Of a DNA stretch of 47,103 bases, positions 23,418 to 38,700 are shown in pieces. The stretch comes from Malacoraja senta (taxonomy: Eukaryota). The notes under the pieces are model-generated. The model worked only from the letters and a program-made list of their open reading frames with translations, made no database searches and was not told the DNA's origin. Each line of letters begins with the position of its first letter. Position 1 is the first letter of the stretch. The stretch is from the NCBI GenBank assembly GCA_038087875.1, contig JAXLNO010000516.1:62001-109103 (forward strand), read 5' to 3'. The translations under genes and the position numbers were made by a program.

Positions 23418-26400
23418 TTTTTTTTTATTTTTTTTTAAATATGTTTATTTTATTAAAAGTAAGTACAATTGTATACAATCATATTTTCATAATACCTTTT
23501 ATGTACAGCTTCTTATTTAAATTTTTTTTTGTAATAAAGAAGAAAAAGAAAAAAGTTAGATAATGAAAAATAGAAAAATGTGAGATAGATAGTGTGTGAA
23601 AAAGAAAAATAGAGAGTGAAAAAAGAAAGTTGAGACATAGAAAATAGAAGAAAGAGAATAAAAGAAGAAAAGAGAAGAAAAGAAAATAGAAGTAAGGAGA
23701 TCATTTATAATCTTGACCATCCCCATTACACCTGTGTTGCACCATATGTTTCCAAAAAGACGACAAATGGAGACCAACTCGATATGAATTGGTCAAATTT
23801 ATCTATTAGGAGGAATCACATTTCCTCAAGATGTGCGGTATCCAACATACTTGCAATCCACATTTTGAGCGTTGGTATTGGTGTGTTTTTCCAAAATTTC
23901 AATATTATTTTTTTTGCTATTATTAAACCATAACTAAAAATTGACTTTTGAGATGAGCTCAATTTGTTCCCGTCTTCCATTACCCCAAATATAATCAATT
24001 CATTATTGGGTTCCATTTTTGTCTTAAATAATTTTGTAAATATTTCGAAAATATCACTCCAAAATCCATGAAGTTTTATACAAGAAACAAAAGAGTGTGT
24101 TATAGTTGCGTCTTGGGTTAAACATTTATCGCAAATGGGCGATATATTTGGATAACATTTATTTAATCTTGTTTTTGAGTAATATAATCTATGTAAAATT
24201 TTTAATTGGATTAGATTATGTCGTGCGTTAATCGAACACTTGTGAATGTATGTCAAATACTTTTCCCATGTAGCCTTCGTAATTTTTATCAATAATTCCC
24301 GTTCCCACTCTTCTCAGATTTCCTCGGTCACAGGTAAATCTATATTTAAGATACTATTATATAAATATGATATTAATTTTTGTGTATCAGCTTTTATATT
24401 CATTACTTCTTCTAGTAAATCAGGAGTTATTTTTTGATATCCCTGTATGCATGTCTTCAAAAAATTACAAATCTGAAAATATTTAAAATAATGAGTGTTT
24501 TTCAGTTTAAATTTTAATTGTAATTGTTGAAATGATAATAAATCTCCCATTTCATACCTGTCCCCGATCCTTTTAATTCCTAAACTTTTCCATTGATTAT
24601 ATATTTTATCCATCATAGATGGTTTAAATAAAGGATTATTCGCTATCGGTGTTAACAATGATAGGTTTCTTAATTTTAAGGATAATTTTATTTGTTTCCA
24701 TATTCTTATTGTATCTTGTATAATTGGGTTTTTCTTATATATTGTATTGTTCATTTTTTTCGGGGAGAAGAGGATTGTTCCTATATTACAAGGATAACAA
24801 TCCTCTTTCTCCATTTTTATCCATTCTGTCTGTTGAGTTGAACTATCCAACCAGTAAATTATATTCTTAATATGTATTGCCCAATAGTAATACAAAAAAT
24901 TTGGGAGTGAAAGTCCCCCGACATCTTTTGGTTTACATAAGTGTTCTTTTTTAATTCTATGTGATTTGTAATCCCAAACAAAATTAGTAATATTAGCGTT
25001 CAGTTTAGAAAAAAAATATTTTTGTACATATACTGGTATAGACTGAAATAGGTATAATAACTGTGGTAGGAAGCTCATTTTAATAGCATTTATTCTGCCT
25101 ATTAATGATAAAGGGAGTGTTTTCCAAAATTTTATCATTATATTAAGTTTATTTATTAAGGGTATAAAATTGGCATTGAATAAAGCTTTATGTTTTCTAG
25201 TAATCTGAATACCCAAATATTTGAATTTTTCTGTTGCTATTTTAAAGGGGAATTTCAATAAGTGTGTGGATTCTTGAGGTTTTAATGTCATGATTTCACT
25301 TTTGTTCCAGTTTATTCTATATCCAGAAAAGGACCCAAATTCCTCTATTAAATTTAATAAATTTGGTATGCTCGTTTGTGAATTTGTTATATATTTGAGA
25401 CCCTAGTATTATAACCCTGAATATTCGGATGGCTTCTTATACTTTCAGCCAGAGGTTCTATCATAAGGGCAAATAGCAGGGGTGATAAAGCACATCCCTG
25501 CCTATTACCCCTTGATAATTGAAATTTTTGAGATAACATGCTGTTAGTTAATATTCTTGCCATCGGTTTATCATATAATAATTTCACCTATGCAATAAAA
25601 TTCTCTCCCATATTACATTTTTGTAATACTTTGTATAAATACTGCCATTCTACCTGATCAAATGCTTTCTCTGCATCCAAAGAAATAATTGCTAAGTCTT
25701 CTCCTTCCACTTTATGTGAGTACATTATATTAAACAGGCGTCTCAAATTATTAAATGAATATCTTTTGGGTATAAACCCCGTTTGATCAGGGTTTATCAA
25801 TTTTCTAATATATTTGCTTAGTCTTCTAGCTAAAATCTTTGCTAGAATTTTCTGGTCTGTATTTAAAAGTGTATAGCTCTATATGAGCCCGGTTCCTCTA
25901 GATCTTTATCTTTCTTTGGAATAAGCGTAATAGTTGATTCTGCTAATGTTTCAGGTAATTTATTTTCTTTAAAAACGTAAGTATATAAATTAAATAGATA
26001 GGGGGTCGTTATCTCATGAAACTTTTTATAAAATTCATTACTAAAACCATCTGGTCCCGGTGTCTTACCATTTTTCAGCGATTTTATTGTTTCACCTATT
26101 TCTTCGATTGTAATTTGCGCTCCTAGTTCTTCTTGTTCCAAAAGGTCAAGTTTTGGTAGATTACATTTATCTAAATAGTTTGTAATTTTACTATCTTCTG
26201 TTTTGTTTTTTGATGTGTATAAATTTTGATAAAATTGAGCAAATCTTTTATTAATATCTTTAGGTAGTGTTAGTAATTCACCATTCTCGGATTTAATTTT
26301 ATTTATAGTATTTTCCTTTTCCTGTTTTTTCAGTTGACGCGCCAACAGCTTATGTGGTTTGTCACCAAACTCAAAATGTTCCTGTTTTGTAATTTGGAAT

Positions 26401-27161
26401 AATCTTATTACTCTTGCCAAGAGAATTCGGTTAAGTTTAAATTTCAATAGTATTATCTTATTATGTTTATCTATAGTGGGATCTTTAGCATTATCTAACT
26501 CTAACTGTCTTATTTCTTGTTCTAACAGCATCTGTTCTGTTTTATTCTTCGTATTTTGAAAAATTTCATATGAAATTATAATTCCTCAAATAAATGCTTT
26601 AAAGGTTTCCCATATTAAAGAAGGTGAGGTACCTGGTGTATCATTTATCTCAAAAAATGATATAATTTGTTGTTTCAAATATTGATAACCCTGTAAGTCA
26701 TTTAATATATATGTATTAAACCTCCAAAAAAAATCTTTCCCGGCATTCCTTCAAATTTTACTAAAAAAGTCAATGGAGAGTGATCAGAAATACTACTAAT
26801 ATGGTATGTTGGGTTAATTATATATGGCATTAATTTCCTATCCACTAAAAAATAATCAATTCTTGAGTATGTTTTATGTACCGAAGAGTAAAACGAGTAT
26901 TCCCTTCCTGCTTGGTTAGCAGATCTCCATACATCTGTTATGTTAGTATTTTTTATATATGTATTTAGAAATTCACTAGTCTTAGATTTTATATTACTCC
27001 TTCTTTGTTTTGCTGATTTGTCTAAGTATGGATCTAAAACACAGTTGAAATCCCCTCCTATTATGACATTTTGATAATTAAACTCCAGTATTATATCTAT
27101 AATTTTCTCAAAGAATTGAGGGTTATCAAAATTCGGAGCGTAAATATTTACCATAGTTATT
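23418..27161 (-). mobile_element. L1-clade LINE, 5'-truncated within EN (unit 1)
   Basis: VNIYAPN, GGDFN, SRIDYF, SDHSP, KTPGPDGF, DQTGF, LDAEKAFD, RQGCALSPLLF, KYLGI, GGLSLPN, CDKC..H..C; poly-T at 23418; apparent TSD TGCTTA at 23412 and 27162. Confidence 0.93.
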
Positions 27162-27862
27162 TGCTTAGACCAAAGTAACACAACTTGAAGTTTTTGTTAC
27201 TATACCTTAAACACATGTAACCATACCTTAAACAAAAGCGCTGCTTTGCACTTTAGTTGCAATTCTGCAACACACTTGCTCCTTTCTGCAACACACTTGC
27301 TCCTGCACACTACACACTATTTCATACATAAGACACTTCGTTCAAAAATGAACGAAGCATCTGCCCAAGTTTTCAGGTCAGCGTTTTCTTTTTCAAGTAA
27401 TTTTACACGTCCGACCAGGTCCATTATATTATCCTCGTTGGAGTTAACTATATGCTCAAGCACCGTTACTTGCTCTCCAAGCGTTTGAAGTGAGCCTTCA
27501 ATGTTAATTAGGCTTACTCCAATTGGATCAATTTTATTGTCCATATGTAATATCATGTTGAGCTGCATTTGCTGCATATTATCCAAGACACTTTGGAGGG
27601 CAATTGGCCTACTCCTGCACATGTTGTCTATTGCCTAATGTATATTCCCCTCTCTCTCTCCCCCCCCTCTCCATCCTCTCTGTCTCTCTCTCCTCCCCCC
27701 CCCTCCCTCTCTCACATACACACACACACACACACTCAAAACTCTCTCATACACACAGTAAAAGTTAAGGGAATGAGAGAGAGAGAGAGAGAGAGGGAGA
27801 GAGGGAGGTGAGAGCATGGACATTTCTTGAAACCATCGTACTTTCTCCCTCATCCTCTCTCT

Positions 27863-27936
<74 letters not shown>

Positions 27937-29567
27937 CCCTCTCTCTCTCATCTCTCAAACTTTCCCATACTTTACAAAACTTTCTCAAACTTTACAAAAC
28001 TTTCTCAAAACTTTCTTAAATTTTCCCAAACTTTCTTAAACTTTCTAAAACTGTTTTAAACTTTACAAAATGTTCTCAAAACTTTCCAAAACTTTCTTAA
28101 ACTTTCCAAAACTTTCCAAAACTTTCCAAAACTTTCTCAAACTTTCCAAAAACTTTCTTAAACTTTCTTAAACTTTCTAAAACTGTTTTAAACTTTACAA
28201 AACTTTACAAAACTTTCCCAAACTTTCCCAAACTTTCTCAAACATTCTAAAACTTTCTCAAACTTTACAAAACTTTCTCAAAACTTTCTTAAACTAGTCC
28301 CAAACTTTACAAAACTTTTTTAAACTTCACAAAACTTTCCCAAACTTTCCCAAACTTTCCCAAACTTTACAAAACTTTCTTATACTTTCTCAAACTTTAC
28401 AAAACGTTCTCAAACTTTCTCGCTCCCTCTCTCCCTCCACCTCTGTCTCCTTTCACCTAAAGTGAAGACTGCATCAATGAGGGAAAAGAGGAATATTCCA
28501 GAGATTAAATTCTTCCAGGAGACATTTCCAGACATCTTCGCGCGGAAAGCAAAACGAGCAAAATGGCGATCACAGGAGCCGGAAGGGGAGGGAGGGAGGG
28601 GTGTGGAAATTTCTGGAAACTTCCTCGTAGTTCTCTCTCCCTTTCTCTGTCTGTCGGCGTGGGGAGAGACTCGAGTGTGTTGGGCGAGTAGTCCTGAACT
28701 CACGCTCGTCCACGCACGCAAACACACCTACAGTGCCCTCCATAATGTTTGGGACAAAGACCCATCATTTATTTATTTATTGATTTGCCTCTCTACTCCA
28801 CAATTTGAGATTTGTAATTTAATAAATCACATGTGGTTAAAGTGCACATTGCCAGATTTTAATAAAGGCCATTTTTATACAGGGGACTCCATCCCCTACT
28901 CCCAATTCCTCCATCTACGCCGCATCTGCTCCCAGGATGAGGTGTTCCACACCAGGGCATCGGAGATGTCCTCATTCTTCAGGGAACGAGGGTTCCCCTC
29001 CCCTACTATAGATGAGGCTCTCACCAGGGTCTCTGCGATATCCCGTAACACAGCTCTCTCTCCCCATCCACCCACTCGTAACAAGCGCCCAGTCCCCCTA
29101 GTCCTCACCTTCCACCCTACCACCTGTCACAAACAACAAATAGTCCTCCGTCATTTTCACCACCTCCAACGACCATTTTCGACCCCACCACTCACCACAT
29201 CTTCCCATCTCCTCTCCTGTCTGCTTCCCGCAAAGACCGCTCCCTCCCGAACTCCTTAGTCAACTCTTTCCTTCCCTCCCGAACCACCCCCTCTCCGGGC
29301 ACTTTCCCTTGCAACCGCAAGAAATGCTACACTTGTCGCTTTACCTCCCCCCTCGACTCCATCCAAGGACCCAAGCAGTCTTTCCAGGTGCGACAGAGGT
29401 TCACCTGCACCTCCTCCAACCTCATCTATTGCATCCGCTGCTCGGGATGTCAGCTGCTTTACATCGGTGAGACCAAGCGTAGGCTTGGCGATCGCTTTGC
29501 CAAACACCTCCGCTCGGTCCGCATTTCAGTTTTTGCCCATTGCTTGAACACTATAGACCCATGCTTA

Positions 29568-32500
29568 TTTTTTTTTATTTTTTTTTAAATATGTTTATTT
29601 TATTAAAAGTAAGTACAATTGTATACAATCATATTTTCATAATACCTTTTATGTACAGCTTCTTATTTAAATTTTTTTTTGTAATAAAGAAGAAAAAGAA
29701 AAAAGTTAGATAATGAAAAATAGAAAAATGTGAGATAGATAGTGTGTGAAAAAGAAAAATAGAGAGTGAAAAAAGAAAGTTGAGACATAGAAAATAGAAG
29801 AAAGAGAATAAAAGAAGAAAAGAGAAGAAAAGAAAATAGAAGTAAGGAGATCATTTATAATCTTGACCATCCCCATTACACCTGTGTTGCACCATATGTT
29901 TCCAAAAAGACGACAAATGGAGACCAACTCGATATGAATTGGTCAAATTTATCTATTAGGAGGAATCACATTTCCTCAAGATGTGCGGTATCCAACATAC
30001 TTGCAATCCACATTTTGAGCGTTGGTATTGGTGTGTTTTTCCAAAATTTCAATATTATTTTTTTTGCTATTATTAAACCATAACTAAAAATTGACTTTTG
30101 AGATGAGCTCAATTTGTTCCCGTCTTCCATTACCCCAAATATAATCAATTCATTATTGGGTTCCATTTTTGTCTTAAATAATTTTGTAAATATTTCGAAA
30201 ATATCACTCCAAAATCCATGAAGTTTTATACAAGAAACAAAAGAGTGTGTTATAGTTGCGTCTTGGGTTAAACATTTATCGCAAATGGGCGATATATTTG
30301 GATAACATTTATTTAATCTTGTTTTTGAGTAATATAATCTATGTAAAATTTTTAATTGGATTAGATTATGTCGTGCGTTAATCGAACACTTGTGAATGTA
30401 TGTCAAATACTTTTCCCATGTAGCCTTCGTAATTTTTATCAATAATTCCCGTTCCCACTCTTCTCAGATTTCCTCGGTCACAGGTAAATCTATATTTAAG
30501 ATACTATTATATAAATATGATATTAATTTTTGTGTATCAGCTTTTATATTCATTACTTCTTCTAGTAAATCAGGAGTTATTTTTTGATATCCCTGTATGC
30601 ATGTCTTCAAAAAATTACAAATCTGAAAATATTTAAAATAATGAGTGTTTTTCAGTTTAAATTTTAATTGTAATTGTTGAAATGATAATAAATCTCCCAT
30701 TTCATACCTGTCCCCGATCCTTTTAATTCCTAAACTTTTCCATTGATTATATATTTTATCCATCATAGATGGTTTAAATAAAGGATTATTCGCTATCGGT
30801 GTTAACAATGATAGGTTTCTTAATTTTAAGGATAATTTTATTTGTTTCCATATTCTTATTGTATCTTGTATAATTGGGTTTTTCTTATATATTGTATTGT
30901 TCATTTTTTTCGGGGAGAAGAGGATTGTTCCTATATTACAAGGATAACAATCCTCTTTCTCCATTTTTATCCATTCTGTCTGTTGAGTTGAACTATCCAA
31001 CCAGTAAATTATATTCTTAATATGTATTGCCCAATAGTAATACAAAAAATTTGGGAGTGAAAGTCCCCCGACATCTTTTGGTTTACATAAGTGTTCTTTT
31101 TTAATTCTATGTGATTTGTAATCCCAAACAAAATTAGTAATATTAGCGTTCAGTTTAGAAAAAAAATATTTTTGTACATATACTGGTATAGACTGAAATA
31201 GGTATAATAACTGTGGTAGGAAGCTCATTTTAATAGCATTTATTCTGCCTATTAATGATAAAGGGAGTGTTTTCCAAAATTTTATCATTATATTAAGTTT
31301 ATTTATTAAGGGTATAAAATTGGCATTGAATAAAGCTTTATGTTTTCTAGTAATCTGAATACCCAAATATTTGAATTTTTCTGTTGCTATTTTAAAGGGG
31401 AATTTCAATAAGTGTGTGGATTCTTGAGGTTTTAATGTCATGATTTCACTTTTGTTCCAGTTTATTCTATATCCAGAAAAGGACCCAAATTCCTCTATTA
31501 AATTTAATAAATTTGGTATGCTCGTTTGTGAATTTGTTATATATTTGAGACCCTAGTATTATAACCCTGAATATTCGGATGGCTTCTTATACTTTCAGCC
31601 AGAGGTTCTATCATAAGGGCAAATAGCAGGGGTGATAAAGCACATCCCTGCCTATTACCCCTTGATAATTGAAATTTTTGAGATAACATGCTGTTAGTTA
31701 ATATTCTTGCCATCGGTTTATCATATAATAATTTCACCTATGCAATAAAATTCTCTCCCATATTACATTTTTGTAATACTTTGTATAAATACTGCCATTC
31801 TACCTGATCAAATGCTTTCTCTGCATCCAAAGAAATAATTGCTAAGTCTTCTCCTTCCACTTTATGTGAGTACATTATATTAAACAGGCGTCTCAAATTA
31901 TTAAATGAATATCTTTTGGGTATAAACCCCGTTTGATCAGGGTTTATCAATTTTCTAATATATTTGCTTAGTCTTCTAGCTAAAATCTTTGCTAGAATTT
32001 TCTGGTCTGTATTTAAAAGTGTATAGCTCTATATGAGCCCGGTTCCTCTAGATCTTTATCTTTCTTTGGAATAAGCGTAATAGTTGATTCTGCTAATGTT
32101 TCAGGTAATTTATTTTCTTTAAAAACGTAAGTATATAAATTAAATAGATAGGGGGTCGTTATCTCATGAAACTTTTTATAAAATTCATTACTAAAACCAT
32201 CTGGTCCCGGTGTCTTACCATTTTTCAGCGATTTTATTGTTTCACCTATTTCTTCGATTGTAATTTGCGCTCCTAGTTCTTCTTGTTCCAAAAGGTCAAG
32301 TTTTGGTAGATTACATTTATCTAAATAGTTTGTAATTTTACTATCTTCTGTTTTGTTTTTTGATGTGTATAAATTTTGATAAAATTGAGCAAATCTTTTA
32401 TTAATATCTTTAGGTAGTGTTAGTAATTCACCATTCTCGGATTTAATTTTATTTATAGTATTTTCCTTTTCCTGTTTTTTCAGTTGACGCGCCAACAGCT

Positions 32501-33311
32501 TATGTGGTTTGTCACCAAACTCAAAATGTTCCTGTTTTGTAATTTGGAATAATCTTATTACTCTTGCCAAGAGAATTCGGTTAAGTTTAAATTTCAATAG
32601 TATTATCTTATTATGTTTATCTATAGTGGGATCTTTAGCATTATCTAACTCTAACTGTCTTATTTCTTGTTCTAACAGCATCTGTTCTGTTTTATTCTTC
32701 GTATTTTGAAAAATTTCATATGAAATTATAATTCCTCAAATAAATGCTTTAAAGGTTTCCCATATTAAAGAAGGTGAGGTACCTGGTGTATCATTTATCT
32801 CAAAAAATGATATAATTTGTTGTTTCAAATATTGATAACCCTGTAAGTCATTTAATATATATGTATTAAACCTCCAAAAAAAGTCTTTCCCGGCATTCCT
32901 TCAAATTTTACTAAAAAAGTCAATGGAGAGTGATCAGAAATACTACTAATATGGTATGTTGGGTTAATTATATATGGCATTAATTTCCTATCCACTAAAA
33001 AATAATCAATTCTTGAGTATGTTTTATGTACCGAAGAGTAAAACGAGTATTCCCTTCCTGCTTGGTTAGCAGATCTCCATACATCTGTTATGTTAGTATT
33101 TTTTATATATGTATTTAGAAATTCACTAGTCTTAGATTTTATATTACTCCTTCTTTGTTTTGCTGATTTGTCTAAGTATGGATCTAAAACACAGTTGAAA
33201 TCCCCTCCTATTATGACATTTTGATAATTAAACTCCAGTATTATATCTATAATTTTCTCAAAGAATTGAGGGTTATCAAAATTCGGAGCGTAAATATTTA
33301 CCATAGTTATT
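29568..33311 (-). mobile_element. L1-clade LINE (unit 2 copy)
   Basis: Duplicate of 23418-27161. Confidence 0.93.
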
Positions 33312-34011
33312 TGCTTAGACCAAAGTAACACAACTTGAAGTTTTTGTTACTATACCTTAAACACATGTAACCATACCTTAAACAAAAGCGCTGCTTTGCA
33401 CTTTAGTTGCAATTCTGCAACACACTTGCTCCTTTCTGCAACACACTTGCTCCTGCACACTACACACTATTTCATACATAAGACACTTCGTTCAAAAATG
33501 AACGAAGCATCTGCCCAAGTTTTCAGGTCAGCGTTTTCTTTTTCAAGTAATTTTACACGTCCGACCAGGTCCATTATATTATCCTCGTTGGAGTTAACTA
33601 TATGCTCAAGCACCGTTACTTGCTCTCCAAGCGTTTGAAGTGAGCCTTCAATGTTAATTAGGCTTACTCCAATTGGATCAATTTTATTGTCCATATGTAA
33701 TATCATGTTGAGCTGCATTTGCTGCATATTATCCAAGACACTTTGGAGGGCAATTGGCCTACTCCTGCACATGTTGTCTATTGCCTAATGTATATTCCCC
33801 TCTCTCTCTCCCCCCCCTCTCCATCCTCTCTGTCTCTCTCTCCTCCCCCCCCCTCCCTCTCTCACATACACACACACACACACACTCAAAACTCTCTCAT
33901 ACACACAGTAAAAGTTAAGGGAATGGAGAGAGAGAGAGAGAGAGGGAGAGAGGGAGGTGAGAGCATGGACATTTCTTGAAACCATCGTACTTTCTCCCTC
34001 ATCCTCTCTCT

Positions 34012-34081
<70 letters not shown>

Positions 34082-35712
34082 CCCTCTCTCTCTCATCTCT
34101 CAAACTTTCCCATACTTTACAAAACTTTCTCAAACTTTACAAAACTTTCTCAAAACTTTCTTAAATTTTCCCAAACTTTCTTAAACTTTCTAAAACTGTT
34201 TTAAACTTTACAAAATGTTCTCAAAACTTTCCAAAACTTTCTTAAACTTTCCAAAACTTTCCAAAACTTTCCAAAACTTTCTCAAACTTTCCAAAAACTT
34301 TCTTAAACTTTCTTAAACTTTCTAAAACTGTTTTAAACTTTACAAAACTTTACAAAACTTTCCCAAACTTTCCCAAACTTTCTCAAACATTCTAAAACTT
34401 TCTCAAACTTTACAAAACTTTCTCAAAACTTTCTTAAACTAGTCCCAAACTTTACAAAACTTTTTTAAACTTCACAAAACTTTCCCAAACTTTCCCAAAC
34501 TTTCCCAAACTTTACAAAACTTTCTTATACTTTCTCAAACTTTACAAAACGTTCTCAAACTTTCTCGCTCCCTCTCTCCCTCCACCTCTGTCTCCTTTCA
34601 CCTAAAGTGAAGACTGCATCAATGAGGGAAAAGAGGAATATTCCAGAGATTAAATTCTTCCAGGAGACATTTCCAGACATCTTCGCGCGGAAAGCAAAAC
34701 GAGCAAAATGGCGATCACAGGAGCCGGAAGGGGAGGGAGGGAGGGGTGTGGAAATTTCTGGAAACTTCCTCGTAGTTCTCTCTCCCTTTCTCTGTCTGTC
34801 GGCGTGGGGAGAGACTCGAGTGTGTTGGGCGAGTAGTCCTGAACTCACGCTCGTCCACGCACGCAAACACACCTACAGTGCCCTCCATAATGTTTGGGAC
34901 AAAGACCCATCATTTATTTATTTATTGATTTGCCTCTCTACTCCACAATTTGAGATTTGTAATTTAATAAATCACATGTGGTTAAAGTGCACATTGCCAG
35001 ATTTTAATAAAGGCCATTTTTATACAGGGGACTCCATCCCCTACTCCCAATTCCTCCATCTACGCCGCATCTGCTCCCAGGATGAGGTGTTCCACACCAG
35101 GGCATCGGAGATGTCCTCATTCTTCAGGGAACGAGGGTTCCCCTCCCCTACTATAGATGAGGCTCTCACCAGGGTCTCTGCGATATCCCGTAACACAGCT
35201 CTCTCTCCCCATCCACCCACTCGTAACAAGCGCCCAGTCCCCCTAGTCCTCACCTTCCACCCTACCACCTGTCACAAACAACAAATAGTCCTCCGTCATT
35301 TTCACCACCTCCAACGACCATTTTCGACCCCACCACTCACCACATCTTCCCATCTCCTCTCCTGTCTGCTTCCCGCAAAGACCGCTCCCTCCCGAACTCC
35401 TTAGTCAACTCTTTCCTTCCCTCCCGAACCACCCCCTCTCCGGGCACTTTCCCTTGCAACCGCAAGAAATGCTACACTTGTCGCTTTACCTCCCCCCTCG
35501 ACTCCATCCAAGGACCCAAGCAGTCTTTCCAGGTGCGACAGAGGTTCACCTGCACCTCCTCCAACCTCATCTATTGCATCCGCTGCTCGGGATGTCAGCT
35601 GCTTTACATCGGTGAGACCAAGCGTAGGCTTGGCGATCGCTTTGCCAAACACCTCCGCTCGGTCCGCATTTCAGTTTTTGCCCATTGCTTGAACACTATA
35701 GACCCATGCTTA

Positions 35713-38700
35713 TTTTTTTTTATTTTTTTTTAAATATGTTTATTTTATTAAAAGTAAGTACAATTGTATACAATCATATTTTCATAATACCTTTTATGTA
35801 CAGCTTCTTATTTAAATTTTTTTTTGTAATAAAGAAGAAAAAGAAAAAAGTTAGATAATGAAAAATAGAAAAATGTGAGATAGATAGTGTGTGAAAAAGA
35901 AAAATAGAGAGTGAAAAAAGAAAGTTGAGACATAGAAAATAGAAGAAAGAGAATAAAAGAAGAAAAGAGAAGAAAAGAAAATAGAAGTAAGGAGATCATT
36001 TATAATCTTGACCATCCCCATTACACCTGTGTTGCACCATATGTTTCCAAAAAGACGACAAATGGAGACCAACTCGATATGAATTGGTCAAATTTATCTA
36101 TTAGGAGGAATCACATTTCCTCAAGATGTGCGGTATCCAACATACTTGCAATCCACATTTTGAGCGTTGGTATTGGTGTGTTTTTCCAAAATTTCAATAT
36201 TATTTTTTTTGCTATTATTAAACCATAACTAAAAATTGACTTTTGAGATGAGCTCAATTTGTTCCCGTCTTCCATTACCCCAAATATAATCAATTCATTA
36301 TTGGGTTCCATTTTTGTCTTAAATAATTTTGTAAATATTTCGAAAATATCACTCCAAAATCCATGAAGTTTTATACAAGAAACAAAAGAGTGTGTTATAG
36401 TTGCGTCTTGGGTTAAACATTTATCGCAAATGGGCGATATATTTGGATAACATTTATTTAATCTTGTTTTTGAGTAATATAATCTATGTAAAATTTTTAA
36501 TTGGATTAGATTATGTCGTGCGTTAATCGAACACTTGTGAATGTATGTCAAATACTTTTCCCATGTAGCCTTCGTAATTTTTATCAATAATTCCCGTTCC
36601 CACTCTTCTCAGATTTCCTCGGTCACAGGTAAATCTATATTTAAGATACTATTATATAAATATGATATTAATTTTTGTGTATCAGCTTTTATATTCATTA
36701 CTTCTTCTAGTAAATCAGGAGTTATTTTTTGATATCCCTGTATGCATGTCTTCAAAAAATTACAAATCTGAAAATATTTAAAATAATGAGTGTTTTTCAG
36801 TTTAAATTTTAATTGTAATTGTTGAAATGATAATAAATCTCCCATTTCATACCTGTCCCCGATCCTTTTAATTCCTAAACTTTTCCATTGATTATATATT
36901 TTATCCATCATAGATGGTTTAAATAAAGGATTATTCGCTATCGGTGTTAACAATGATAGGTTTCTTAATTTTAAGGATAATTTTATTTGTTTCCATATTC
37001 TTATTGTATCTTGTATAATTGGGTTTTTCTTATATATTGTATTGTTCATTTTTTTCGGGGAGAAGAGGATTGTTCCTATATTACAAGGATAACAATCCTC
37101 TTTCTCCATTTTTATCCATTCTGTCTGTTGAGTTGAACTATCCAACCAGTAAATTATATTCTTAATATGTATTGCCCAATAGTAATACAAAAAATTTGGG
37201 AGTGAAAGTCCCCCGACATCTTTTGGTTTACATAAGTGTTCTTTTTTAATTCTATGTGATTTGTAATCCCAAACAAAATTAGTAATATTAGCGTTCAGTT
37301 TAGAAAAAAAATATTTTTGTACATATACTGGTATAGACTGAAATAGGTATAATAACTGTGGTAGGAAGCTCATTTTAATAGCATTTATTCTGCCTATTAA
37401 TGATAAAGGGAGTGTTTTCCAAAATTTTATCATTATATTAAGTTTATTTATTAAGGGTATAAAATTGGCATTGAATAAAGCTTTATGTTTTCTAGTAATC
37501 TGAATACCCAAATATTTGAATTTTTCTGTTGCTATTTTAAAGGGGAATTTCAATAAGTGTGTGGATTCTTGAGGTTTTAATGTCATGATTTCACTTTTGT
37601 TCCAGTTTATTCTATATCCAGAAAAGGACCCAAATTCCTCTATTAAATTTAATAAATTTGGTATGCTCGTTTGTGAATTTGTTATATATTTGAGACCCTA
37701 GTATTATAACCCTGAATATTCGGATGGCTTCTTATACTTTCAGCCAGAGGTTCTATCATAAGGGCAAATAGCAGGGGTGATAAAGCACATCCCTGCCTAT
37801 TACCCCTTGATAATTGAAATTTTTGAGATAACATGCTGTTAGTTAATATTCTTGCCATCGGTTTATCATATAATAATTTCACCTATGCAATAAAATTCTC
37901 TCCCATATTACATTTTTGTAATACTTTGTATAAATACTGCCATTCTACCTGATCAAATGCTTTCTCTGCATCCAAAGAAATAATTGCTAAGTCTTCTCCT
38001 TCCACTTTATGTGAGTACATTATATTAAACAGGCGTCTCAAATTATTAAATGAATATCTTTTGGGTATAAACCCCGTTTGATCAGGGTTTATCAATTTTC
38101 TAATATATTTGCTTAGTCTTCTAGTCTTAGTCTTCTAGCTAAAATCTTTGCTAGAATTTTCTGGTCTGTATTTAAAAGTGTATAGCTCTATATGAGCCCG
38201 GTTCCTCTAGATCTTTATCTTTCTTTGGAATAAGCGTAATAGTTGATTCTGCTAATGTTTCAGGTAATTTATTTTCTTTAAAAACGTAAGTATATAAATT
38301 AAATAGATAGGGGGTCGTTATCTCATGAAACTTTTTATAAAATTCATTACTAAAACCATCTTACCATTTTTCAGCGATTTTATTGTTTCACCTATTTCTT
38401 CGATTGTAATTTGCGCTCCTAGTTCTTCTTGTTCCAAAAGGTCAAGTTTTGGTAGATTACATTTATCTAAATAGTTTGTAATTTTACTATCTTCTGTTTT
38501 GTTTTTTGATGTGTATAAATTTTGATAAAATTGAGCAAATCTTTTATTAATATCTTTAGGTAGTGTTAGTAATTCACCATTCTCGGATTTAATTTTATTT
38601 ATAGTATTTTCCTTTTCCTGTTTTTTCAGTTGACGCGCCAACAGCTTATGTGGTTTGTCACCAAACTCAAAATGTTCCTGTTTTGTAATTTGGAATAATC

